This document shows, one piece after another, positions 1-8,022 of a stretch of 64,000 nucleotides of DNA. The stretch comes from a virus (lineage: Duplodnaviria > Caudoviricetes): positions 1 to 64,000 of IMG/VR virus record IMGVR_UViG_3300020045_009164; one strand, written 5' to 3'. Position 1 is the first letter of the stretch; every line of letters starts with the position of its first letter. Both the position numbers and the translations under genes were made by a program. The notes below the pieces were generated by a model. That model did no database searches and was not told the DNA's origin. It saw only the letters and a program-made list of their open reading frames with translations.

Positions 1-1
1 G

Positions 2-154
2 ATGAAAATGAGAGATTCAGATTGTGCAATAATAACTATTACTATTATTTGTGGTATATGCCTTTCTATTGGTACTTTGCAGTATTTGCCTACAAGACTA
101 TTTATTGCTGATTATATCGCCGCCCCATTGTACCATCTGTTATCAATGTTCTGA
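2..154 (+). CDS. small hydrophobic protein (50 aa; may start before the window)
   Basis: Hand-translated ORF MKMRDSDCAIITITIICGICLSIGTLQYL..., followed directly by a terminator. Confidence 0.4.
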   Translation: MKMRDSDCAIITITIICGICLSIGTLQYLPTRLFIADYIAAPLYHLLSMF

Positions 155-160
155 AATATG

Positions 161-196
161 AAATACCAGACGGACAAAATCCGTCTGGTATTTTGT
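161..196 (+). terminator. intrinsic terminator
   Basis: AAATACCAGACGGA-caaaa-TCCGTCTGGTATTT perfect 14 bp stem, then a T-rich tail. Confidence 0.85.
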
Positions 197-225
197 TGTT
201 TGGTATTTAAGTATTTCGTTAAATG

Positions 226-290
226 TTTTAATTAGACGTAATTAAAATATTCCTGACAAGCTAACTTATTTTAATTACCTGTAATTAAAA
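226..290. promoter_or_regulatory. two tandem palindromic operator-like sites TTTTAATTA-N4-TAATTAAAA
   Basis: 226-247 (spacer gacg) and 269-290 (spacer cctg). The same motif recurs at 529-548, 2478-2497 and 7357-7374. Confidence 0.65.
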
Positions 291-299
291 AGATTTTGG

Positions 300-527
300 C
301 GTACCAGCAAGCCATGGTCTGGTAAAATTCAACACAATGAGTTCGCCATTGAGGGATAGAGCGCACGTGCAATATGTTCGATTATTCGTGAAGGCCTGCT
401 GTAGTATCCTGGGAGATACAGGCAAGTTATGCGGATTTCCGAAACAGCAAAGAGCAAAACTTGAAAAGAGTTTTGCTCACTCTTCAGCATAGCTGCGCTT
501 AATAGTTGTGCTGAAGAGTGAGCAAAA
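300..527 (+). ncRNA. candidate structured non-coding RNA or leader
   Basis: ORF-free run of hairpins (TACCAG/CTGGTA, CAATG/CATTG, CACG/CGTG, GTATC/GATAC, GAGCAAAAC/GTTTTGCTC) ending in a 24 bp stem, 471-494/504-527. Confidence 0.4.
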
Positions 528-568
528 ATTAATTAGATCTAATTAAAACTTAATCCAGGGAGATTAAA

Positions 569-814
569 ATGGAAAGATACATGATCCAACAAATAATGTT
601 AGAAAACATGGCTAATCCGCAGTCAGCATTTAGAAAGAGAAACAGAAGGAAAGTAAAAGCCTTTAAAAATTCTTTGGTAGTAATAAATAGCTGGAATGTT
701 GAAAAATGTCAAGACTGGCTCGTCAAGAGGGAAAGACAGAATTTCTTGTTGTGGCATAAATACAGAAACAGCGTAGAAAATCGACTGGAAGAACTTGGTG
801 GCTGGTTATTTTAA
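569..814 (+). CDS. hypothetical protein
   Basis: ORF with GGGAG RBS; basic protein. Confidence 0.7.
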   Translation: MERYMIQQIMLENMANPQSAFRKRNRRKVKAFKNSLVVINSWNVEKCQDWLVKRERQNFLLWHKYRNSVENRLEELGGWLF

Positions 815-828
815 AGGAGGTTAAAATC

Positions 829-1182
829 ATGCAAGTAGTAATCTATAAAAACCGTGGGGCGATTGTCCCACGTCCTGAAGCGTTTGTCAAGGATCATCCA
901 GAGTGTGGTATGTTGTCTCTGGGTGATGTCCGTAGCATGGAAGTGTACCGTTTTGACTGTACCTTCCAAGGATTGCCCGCTGCTCAGTGGGCATGGTTCT
1001 GGCTTAAGAAGCATGATAACCGTGCTCGCAAATTTGGTACTTATGTTCCGGTGCCATATCTTGTCAAGGAGTCTGCAATAACTCCTAGGGCGTGTTTTAA
1101 AGCATTTAAGAAGAGTAAAAAACGCAGCAAGCCGACGCGCGTAAAAATGGTGTCGAGCCTTTACAATAGCTCGTTATTTTAA
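829..1182 (+). CDS. hypothetical protein
   Basis: AAGGAGG RBS; followed by a terminator. Confidence 0.8.
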   Translation: MQVVIYKNRGAIVPRPEAFVKDHPECGMLSLGDVRSMEVYRFDCTFQGLPAAQWAWFWLKKHDNRARKFGTYVPVPYLVKESAITPRACFKAFKKSKKRSKPTRVKMVSSLYNSSLF

Positions 1183-1183
1183 T

Positions 1184-1220
1184 AAAAGGCCCACTAGACT
1201 AACCTCTGGTGGGCCTTTTT
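1184..1220 (+). terminator. intrinsic terminator (possibly bidirectional)
   Basis: AAAAGGCCCACTAGA-ctaacc-TCTGGTGGGCCTTTT plus T. Confidence 0.85.
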
Positions 1221-1234
1221 GCGTTTAAGGGACT

Positions 1235-1417
1235 ATGAAAAATATAAATATTCAAGACCTTGGAATGGCTGGGAAGCGTTACCAGCTAGAGGTTAATGGC
1301 AGGATCATAAAAGAAGAGTTTAGAAGAGACGGTGTTATACCTTCATGGTGTGGCACCAAGAAGAAAGGGGGAGTAGCCAGCTGGAAGAATGGCTGGACTA
1401 CTTACGAGATAGACTAA
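1235..1417 (+). CDS. hypothetical protein
   Basis: ORF between two terminators; AGGGA RBS. Confidence 0.6.
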   Translation: MKNINIQDLGMAGKRYQLEVNGRIIKEEFRRDGVIPSWCGTKKKGGVASWKNGWTTYEID

Positions 1418-1444
1418 GCCAAACCAGCAATGGCTGGGCTTTTT
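1416..1444 (+). terminator. intrinsic terminator (bulged stem)
   Basis: CCAGC/GCTGG plus AAGC/GCTT stem, then a T run. Confidence 0.55.
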
Positions 1445-1606
1445 GCGTTTAAAAGCATGAAATTTTAACCCACAAAATGTGGAGAAAAGAACTTATAAAA
1501 CAATGGTTTACAAAGATTGGCTGAACAATCATTCATTTTTACAATTTTATAATATTTTGGGATAATTGTGTAAATTTTTTATTAATCTTAATGAGGAAGC
1601 CACAAA

Positions 1607-1705
1607 ATGGTTGTTTTATCTCCGGTGTACAGCAAACCAAGAAGATCCTTTAGAGTTTTGAAAGGATTGATTTTGATTCTCATTTGGGTTTTGGTTTTGA
1701 ATTGA
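1607..1705 (+). CDS. 32 aa basic/hydrophobic peptide, copy 1
   Basis: MVVLSPVYSKPRRSFRVLKGLILILIWVLVLN; GAGGA RBS; paralog at 2510-2608 of the same length with 7 synonymous differences. Confidence 0.65.
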   Translation: MVVLSPVYSKPRRSFRVLKGLILILIWVLVLN

Positions 1706-1764
1706 AATATGATTTGGATTCTCGTTTCACCCATAAGAATTTGTTCTTATGGGCCATTATTAAT

Positions 1765-2289
1765 TCAGTGCAAATCAATATACTGCTTTGCACTGGAACA
1801 GTCATCTGAAGGATAGAAACCTATACACTGCTCAGCAGCAAAACGAGCGCAGGCAGCGTCTAAAAGAGTATCAAAATTACCTATATGCTTAAGCTTCTTA
1901 TCTACAGTAATACTTGCATTCCACTTTGATGTTTTAGCAATAAATTTAACGCCTGTAACTCTGTGTTTGTTTTTTCTGAAAATAGTACGATTTCTAGATT
2001 GCTCTTGTGTGGTTGTCACCCTCAAATTACTATATCTATTATCATTTCTAACCCTATTTATGTGATCCACAGAGTATTTTGGCAAGTAACCATCCATATA
2101 TAGAATGGCTAATCTATGAGCCATACAATCCCCTCCCTGGTAGCTAATCTGAACATAGCCTCCAGCACTACTCCAACCAGCAGCCTCCCCAACTTTACTG
2201 CTACAATTACGGAAAGGCTCTATTCTAACAAATACTCCAGTATTAGGATCGTAACTGAATAACTCCTTCAATCTTTCTTGTGTTAGCAT
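1765..2289 (-). CDS. HNH homing endonuclease with AP2-like C-terminal domain
   Basis: AHRL...VDHINRVRNDNRYSNLR (HNH_3 pattern), then VTGV..W.A.I...KHIGNF (AP2-like). Confidence 0.9.
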   Translation of the reverse strand: MLTQERLKELFSYDPNTGVFVRIEPFRNCSSKVGEAAGWSSAGGYVQISYQGGDCMAHRLAILYMDGYLPKYSVDHINRVRNDNRYSNLRVTTTQEQSRNRTIFRKNKHRVTGVKFIAKTSKWNASITVDKKLKHIGNFDTLLDAACARFAAEQCIGFYPSDDCSSAKQYIDLH

Positions 2290-2438
2290 TTCTTAACCTC
2301 AAAGTCTTTTAAACCTTTAGCTACAAGATCATCTAGCACTTCAACCATAGACTTCTCTTCTTTAGCAGCAAGAAGCCTGAGGTTTTTTCTTGTACGCCGC
2401 CATATCCTAATGTTTGTGTACTCTGTCTCGTTTTTCAT
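2283..2438 (-). CDS. ribbon-helix-helix (CopG/Arc-like) DNA-binding protein, 51 aa
   Basis: MKNETEYTNIRIWRRTRKNLRLLAAKEEKSMVEVLDDLVAKGLKDFEVKKC; its stop overlaps the HNH start; TTGATT-17-TAATAT promoter ends 6 nt before the ATG. Confidence 0.75.
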   Translation of the reverse strand: MKNETEYTNIRIWRRTRKNLRLLAAKEEKSMVEVLDDLVAKGLKDFEVKKC

Positions 2439-2509
2439 GTTAACATATTACAACAAGGCTTAGTACAAATCAAGAAATTAATTAGATATAATTAAAAGGA
2501 GGCCCTAAA

Positions 2510-2608
2510 ATGGTTGTTTTGTCCCCAATGTACAGCAAGCCAAAAAGATCCTTTCGAGTTTTGAAGGGATTGTTTTTGATTCTCATCTGGGTTTCAATTT
2601 CGATTTGA
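2510..2608 (+). CDS. 32 aa basic/hydrophobic peptide, copy 2
   Basis: MVVLSPMYSKPKRSFRVLKGLFLILIWVSISI; AAGGAGG RBS. Confidence 0.7.
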   Translation: MVVLSPMYSKPKRSFRVLKGLFLILIWVSISI

Positions 2609-2821
2609 AATCTGATTTGGATTTAAAATTTAGCGAAGGTTAACTTAAGTATTTAACTAAATTCTTAAATACCTCCATAGAAAAAATTTTATACCACCCC
2701 CAAAATCAGCTCCATTATGAAAATTGTTGTTAGGAAACGCCAAAACAGCCCCTAGAATCAACGACAGACAACATCCATACCAACCTATACCTTGCACCAT
2801 GATCGTGCAACAGGAGGCCAA

Positions 2822-2968
2822 ATGAAGACCTTAAAGCAAGCGATCCACGCCTATTTAAACCGCAAGACAGAAACTCCAACCATAATCAGGAAGGTGACAA
2901 GATTCAGCAAGCCACCTCACCCCGAAAGATTACGCACCCATAGAAACCAAGGATACCCACTCATTTAA
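2822..2968 (+). CDS. small basic hypothetical protein (48 aa)
   Basis: AGGAGG RBS; MKTLKQAIHAYLNRK... Confidence 0.5.
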   Translation: MKTLKQAIHAYLNRKTETPTIIRKVTRFSKPPHPERLRTHRNQGYPLI

Positions 2969-3380
2969 CTATCTGCCTTAGCCTGTCATTCCAATCTGGT
3001 GGTGTTACCCAGTTAATACCATCAGATTTTCTAATCTGGAAATTATACTGGATCAACTTCAGAAAGAACTGTCCCTTCTTGAGCGGCGATATTCCGTTGT
3101 CTTCACAGTAGTCTAAATAAGACAGCCAAACTTGCGCCCGATTCACTTTAGTTTCTATTTGGGTGATAAATTGGTGGCTGTTACCCTCACTAGCTTCCCT
3201 CACGCCTTTCTCCACCTTTGCTGCTAGAGCAAATGCTCTTTCAGCAACAGAAAGGGCCAAAGAAGCTGATTTAGTGTTCGTTGCTTCCTTAGCTGCCTTC
3301 AAATATTTCTTCCCCAACTCCGAAGCATCAGCAATTACTCCATCGAGGCTCGGATCTAGCTCTAACAAATTATTTTCCAT
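2961..3380 (-). CDS. protein with a winged-helix domain resembling the primase-helicase C-terminus
   Basis: RAQVWLSYLDYCEDNGISPLKKGQFFLKL...IRKSDG aligns by eye to primase RADMWKRFQEFCVTGGYGDWKKGDFFADL...IKKSDG. Start chosen by a TAAGGA RBS. Confidence 0.7.
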   Translation of the reverse strand: MENNLLELDPSLDGVIADASELGKKYLKAAKEATNTKSASLALSVAERAFALAAKVEKGVREASEGNSHQFITQIETKVNRAQVWLSYLDYCEDNGISPLKKGQFFLKLIQYNFQIRKSDGINWVTPPDWNDRLRQIVK

Positions 3381-3407
3381 ATAATATTCCTTAGTTATGT
3401 AACCCAA

Positions 3408-3822
3408 AAACCTAACAGTGCACTGTCAGGGCATTTCTCAGGGCACTTTTTATTTTTGTAGATCCTTGCTGGGCTTGGCCTTGCTGTCAGAACAGGGTCT
3501 TTTTTAAAAGATTTTTTGAGAGACCCCTATAGAGATGAATGCATAGAGAGGCCGCTCCATTTTGAGAATCATTATCGCTATTATGCTTCATCAGATTGTT
3601 ACCAGTATACCCTCTACAAAATATACACCTATTAGAAAATCCTTTAAAAAAGACCCTGTTTCTTAACTAAGAGCATAATATCTTTAAAAATATTATGCCC
3701 TAAATTCTGCCAAATTATACCACTCTAGGTTTTGCCAAATTCTGCCCTGATACATTGTGGTACCCCATTTTGAGCAAATGGGTCATTTTGACCCATAGTG
3801 ACCAGAAATTGACCACCCAAAA
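3408..3822. other. candidate replication origin
   Basis: 415 bp non-coding gap downstream of the primase, with inverted repeats (3491-3515/3636-3660; TCAGGGCA x2 versus TGCCCTGA/TGCCCTA) and short direct repeats (AAATTCTGCC x2, CCATTTTGAG x2). Confidence 0.45.
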
Positions 3823-6513
3823 TTAACCCCACTTGGCCCTAAACACCTTCCAAACTCCATCCGATTTCTTAATCGGACCGATCTTTGAGTTCTTGTCCAG
3901 GTCAGCAAAGAAGTCCCCCTTCTTCCAATCCCCGTAGCCTCCTGTGACACAAAACTCTTGAAACCTTTTCCACATATCAGCCCTGATAATATAATCTCTG
4001 ACACTGCCAGTAACGACAACATTTTCGTCAAGAAAGAGAGCTACTGGATCTGTACTTAACTCCCATCTCTTGTACAACTCCAAACTCAAACTGTCTTCCA
4101 ATCCATACTGAAAATACAGCTTGACTCCCTCAATAGCCCAAGCCAAGACCCCAGGAAGTTCGTCAGCAATGATCATATCGGCCAAACCAACAATCTCCTC
4201 CATGGAGGCATGTTTGGTGAACTGTACCATTGAGTGGCCAAACCTTCGCTCAGTCTCCGGGCCTACTGGATGTAGAGAGAAGTTGTCATTCATAGAAATG
4301 ACAAAACTACAAGTGGACTTGAAATTAAAAGGAACACCATAAGCGAATCTAGCATTGATAACTCCACCACCCGTTATCTCTTTCAGTCCGGTTATATCAA
4401 TTTTCTTGGCTCCTCTTCCCGTCCTTACCTCAGAGCTAAAGTTAACCCTGGACTGAGCAATGTGCGCCCTGTAATACTCCTGATTGAGTTGATCTAAAGA
4501 TACGGAGGTGATTCTATTGGAGGGAAGCATGGCCATCATGATGTCACTGATAGTGCCTTTACCAGCTCCACCCATGCCTTTCATCACCATAACCTTTTGG
4601 GCCTTATTCAAATACCCACTTATAGCAAGGCCAAACAGCTGCTGGAAAAGGACCGGGTTCTCAATGTTGGCGAGGATCTTATCAAACAAAGGAGTATTCA
4701 TGCTGAAATCAGGTTTGATGCCCATTTTAAATCGACACATAAGATCCTTATTATACTCAACTTTCTCCACTTTACCATCCTTGATAAGGTAAAATCCATC
4801 AGAGCAAGGGAAGCCAAACGCCTCCTCCCACTGCAAGACATTAGCATCGCTGTCATTAACAACCATTCTTACCAGTGAGCTGTAATGCCCATCTGTTTTA
4901 CAAAGCTTCACGTGGTTATAATGACTTCGCAGTTTCTTTCTGATGACTCTTTGGGTGTGTTCTTGCCAGATGGTGCCGCCCTCCCAAGCGTAGACACTGC
5001 CGCCAAAAGTCTTGCAGTCACCAGTGTTACGGACGTAATCCTCCATAACGTCCCCGTGGCTAGCTTCTGGGCTTACTGCGACTCCATACATGCACTCAGG
5101 GTCAATCGGCTCACCAGTGGCATCCTCAGGCTTTTTATCAACAACCCTGGTCTTAATGTCCTTTCTGACTGCCACTACGCTTATGTCCAGCTGCTTAGCA
5201 GCTGACTTGGCAATCTTTTCTAACTGGATGTCATTCATATCAGAATTGGCTACGTGAATTCCAATCCAATCTTCAATTACATCCTGTTCAGAGTTTTCAA
5301 GCCAGTCGTTAAGATCCTCATAAGTCCATTTCAGTGCATATTTAACTCCACCATGATTAAAACTATGCAGGAAGGGCTCAGTGTCCTGGCCCATGATCTT
5401 GCCGACATTTCTGTCTGGCTCACAATTGACAGGGTCGTTGAATTTATCTTTGCCAATCCATTTGTCAGGGTTGGACAGGATCTCGCTGACTCTTACTTCT
5501 GTGCCGTCTGTGCGTCTTAAAACTACACTAGATAACAGTATGGAATTACTGAGGCTTTGTGCTGATTTTTTAGCCTCTTTTTCTGACATTCCAGACTCAG
5601 TGTTCTTTTCAACTCGCTCTAAAATCCATGCACTTTTAGCAGCTACTACATCAGGAGCTGTTTCTTTGCTCCGCTTGTATATTCCCCACTCTTTCTCAAA
5701 ATCAACCGTCAGTTCTCGTAAAATACCAACGGCCAGTTCAGCATCTATGACGCCTCCAGGTTGGTAATTGCAAGTCCTGTCAATATGCCTGTAATATTCA
5801 GCGGGGCCTTCCACTAAGGCATCTGAAGAGTATACTACTCTCTCTGGACTACCGACAGCTGGGTCGATAAGACTTTCAGATGTAATGCTTCCGGCTTTGC
5901 TAACTTTGTAACCTCTGTAGTCAGGGGAGGTCAGCCAGCAGAATTTGTGGATAAGCTTAATAAGCTCACTGGAGCATTTCTTGACGGGGAGGAAGACGTG
6001 GAGGCCGTTGCCTCGTTTTCCGTTGATTTCGACACTGGAGCTAGTTGAAGGTCTGAGCCAGCGGCAAATACGCGCTCTCTGGCCGCTAGTTTCACCGATC
6101 AGAGCATCATGTAGGATAACATCCAGCTCCTTCAAAAAACGCTGTCTGAGGGCGTCTGGGGCGTCAGAATCGAAATCCAAATAGAGTAAAGATATGTTGC
6201 CAGAGTTACACCAGTTGAAAAATTCAAGAGTCCGGGCTATGGTGCCTTGCTCTCGCTTGGAATTTTCCGCTGTGGTCAGGTTGAATTCCTCGCCGGTCTT
6301 GCCACAGACCCCTAGAAGTAGGCACTTTTCTGGAGATTTGGCGAGGTTGTCAAGGTATTCTGAGACATTATCAAAGGTGAGTTCGATGTTTTTCGCTATG
6401 CCTGAATATATAGCGGGTGCTGAAATGATATTCACTTCACCATCAGGAGAGATTTGATATTTTTTCGCAATCGTGCCCTGCCGTGAGGTGAGTTCAGTGA
6501 GTCTGATTGTCAT
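3823..6513 (-). CDS. P4/D5-type primase-helicase (SF3 helicase)
   Basis: 896 aa; N-terminal primase-like motifs (YLDFD, GLHVF); Walker A MKGMGGAGKGT; LKEITGG; C-terminal wHTH. Confidence 0.85.
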   Translation of the reverse strand: MTIRLTELTSRQGTIAKKYQISPDGEVNIISAPAIYSGIAKNIELTFDNVSEYLDNLAKSPEKCLLLGVCGKTGEEFNLTTAENSKREQGTIARTLEFFNWCNSGNISLLYLDFDSDAPDALRQRFLKELDVILHDALIGETSGQRARICRWLRPSTSSSVEINGKRGNGLHVFLPVKKCSSELIKLIHKFCWLTSPDYRGYKVSKAGSITSESLIDPAVGSPERVVYSSDALVEGPAEYYRHIDRTCNYQPGGVIDAELAVGILRELTVDFEKEWGIYKRSKETAPDVVAAKSAWILERVEKNTESGMSEKEAKKSAQSLSNSILLSSVVLRRTDGTEVRVSEILSNPDKWIGKDKFNDPVNCEPDRNVGKIMGQDTEPFLHSFNHGGVKYALKWTYEDLNDWLENSEQDVIEDWIGIHVANSDMNDIQLEKIAKSAAKQLDISVVAVRKDIKTRVVDKKPEDATGEPIDPECMYGVAVSPEASHGDVMEDYVRNTGDCKTFGGSVYAWEGGTIWQEHTQRVIRKKLRSHYNHVKLCKTDGHYSSLVRMVVNDSDANVLQWEEAFGFPCSDGFYLIKDGKVEKVEYNKDLMCRFKMGIKPDFSMNTPLFDKILANIENPVLFQQLFGLAISGYLNKAQKVMVMKGMGGAGKGTISDIMMAMLPSNRITSVSLDQLNQEYYRAHIAQSRVNFSSEVRTGRGAKKIDITGLKEITGGGVINARFAYGVPFNFKSTCSFVISMNDNFSLHPVGPETERRFGHSMVQFTKHASMEEIVGLADMIIADELPGVLAWAIEGVKLYFQYGLEDSLSLELYKRWELSTDPVALFLDENVVVTGSVRDYIIRADMWKRFQEFCVTGGYGDWKKGDFFADLDKNSKIGPIKKSDGVWKVFRAKWG

Positions 6514-6704
6514 ACAGCCCCCTTGATCAAACTCCTAAAATCTACTTCATCACCTATGGCATTGATAATCTTATTAATATCACAAACTCGGAGGACTTCT
6601 GGGTGTTGGCAAATCTTCCAGGTATAACTCTTGGAGAAGCCCAGCTTCTTGCTGAGTTTCTCATAGCTGAGACCTTTTTCTTCTCTATATCTTCCTAAGT
6701 CCAT
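6510..6704 (-). CDS. Cro/CI-type HTH regulator, translationally coupled to the primase
   Basis: LGRYREEKGLSYEKLSKKLGFSKSYTWKI; 4 bp overlap with the primase start. Confidence 0.8.
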   Translation of the reverse strand: MDLGRYREEKGLSYEKLSKKLGFSKSYTWKICQHPEVLRVCDINKIINAIGDEVDFRSLIKGAV

Positions 6705-6824
6705 CTTCCCTCCAAAAATCGTTTTTAATTAGGAACAAAGTATTAGTTGACGGTTTCAATAATATCGTTTTTAATTACGACCATCAACTGAAAAGTAAAT
6801 TAAATTTGATTGGAGGTCGTACTA
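6705..6824. promoter_or_regulatory. divergent control region between HTH-primase and HNH/early genes
   Basis: ATCGTTTTTAATTA direct repeat (6718-6731, 6764-6777) and AGTTGACGGT/ACCATCAACT inverted repeat (6745-6754/6780-6789). Confidence 0.6.
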
Positions 6825-7343
6825 ATGCCACAGAGTATCACTCAGGATAGATTGAAAGAGTTGCTGGATTATGATGCAGAGACTGGAATTTTTACTTGGA
6901 AATCTAGCAGAAGTGGAACAAATGGAGCGGGATCAGAAGCAGGGGCAGTAGATAGCAAAGGTTATAGGCAGATAGCTATAAACGGCGTTCTCAGCTTAGC
7001 CCATAGGTTGGTATTCCTCTACATAGATGGTTATATGCCAGAAAACTCCGTTGACCACATAAACCGCAACAAGCTAGACAACAGAAGAGTAAATTTAAGA
7101 GAAGTGTCAAAACAATGCCAGATGAGAAACAGAGATGTTCGGAGAGACAACTCATCTAGTGTTACAGGGGTAGTATGGCATAAGCGCAGCTCAAGTTGGC
7201 GTGCCCGCATTGGTGTAAATGGGAAGCACAGGAATTTGGGTCACTTTACAGATCTCTTGGAAGCTGCCTACCACCGCTATGCAGGAGAGCAATGCTTAGG
7301 ATTTCCTGATTGTGACATAAATCCAGTGCTAAGAAATACATAG
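6825..7343 (+). CDS. HNH homing endonuclease with AP2-like domain (C-terminus probably frameshifted; alternative stop 7360)
   Basis: AHRL...VDHINRNKLDNRRVNLR; paralog of 1765-2289. The shifted frame after 7322 reads SSAKKYID, matching SSAKQYID in the paralog. Confidence 0.9.
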   Translation: MPQSITQDRLKELLDYDAETGIFTWKSSRSGTNGAGSEAGAVDSKGYRQIAINGVLSLAHRLVFLYIDGYMPENSVDHINRNKLDNRRVNLREVSKQCQMRNRDVRRDNSSSVTGVVWHKRSSSWRARIGVNGKHRNLGHFTDLLEAAYHRYAGEQCLGFPDCDINPVLRNT

Positions 7344-7375
7344 ATGCTAACAAGTCCTAATTAGAGGTAATTAGA

Positions 7376-7669
7376 ATGGAAACAGGAATCTAAAAAGCTC
7401 AAAGAATAAATCGAGAGCGGAGAGAGTCTGGAGAAGCAACCACAGTCACTCACAACTGGATTGTCAAGGCAAAGAGAAAACCAGCCAGCCTAAAGACAGC
7501 TATCAACGCCATGTGCTTTAGCTGTATGGGTGGGACAGAGGATGATATTACTGATCCTGGGTGGAAAGGTGAGATTAAAACCTGTACAGCAGTGGATTGT
7601 CCTTTGTATCCACATCGGCCATACAGAAAAGATGTATCTGAGGACGAGGAAGACAACGAGAGCGAGTAA
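7376..7669 (+). pseudogene. Cys-rich phage protein interrupted by TAA at codon 6
   Basis: ATG GAA ACA GGA ATC TAA AAA GCT... continues in frame to AINAMCFSCMGG...CTAVDCPLYPHRPY; RBS present; not in the ORF track. Confidence 0.6.
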
Positions 7670-7742
7670 ATTTGAACGATAATAGGTTGGTCTATACATT
7701 GGTATGGGTCAGCCTTAAAAATGATTCTAGGAGGCATACACA

Positions 7743-8013
7743 ATGAAAATCAGAAAACACATAAAATGCGCCGATGGCTTCACCATGTCAATCCAGGCCA
7801 GCAGATACCACTACTGCATCCCAAGGGACGATTTTGGGCCATACACCCACGTAGAGGTAGGCTTCCCCGTCAGCCTATGAACCTCTGCTTATGCCCTATG
7901 TGGAGGGTTCTGGAGATCCAACAGAAACTGTATATCCCTACGTACCAAGGGAGGTTGTTGAGGCTATTGTAGCAAAGCATGATGGTGGAGTGGCAGTTAA
8001 AGAAATTAACTAG
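7743..8013 (+). pseudogene. conserved-looking phage protein split by a +1 shift at TTCCCCG (7863-7869)
   Basis: MKIRKHIKCADGFTMSIQASRYHYCIPRDDFGPYTHVEVGFP joins SAYEPLLMPYVEG...TETVYPYVPREVVEAIVAKHDG if one C is removed. Confidence 0.65.
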
Positions 8014-8022
8014 GAGACAAAT

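Noticed and set aside
1590-2625. Minus-strand ORFs MRIKINPFKT... and MRIKNNPFKT... across the twin repeats
   Set aside because: They have different lengths and ends and no clear RBS. Their conservation is expected because they share third codon positions with the plus-strand frame. Not fully excluded.
6510-6824. Lysogeny switch implying a temperate lifestyle
   Set aside because: Only a short Cro-like HTH is present; no CI-type repressor with a peptidase domain, integrase or att site was seen. The rest of the genome is unseen.
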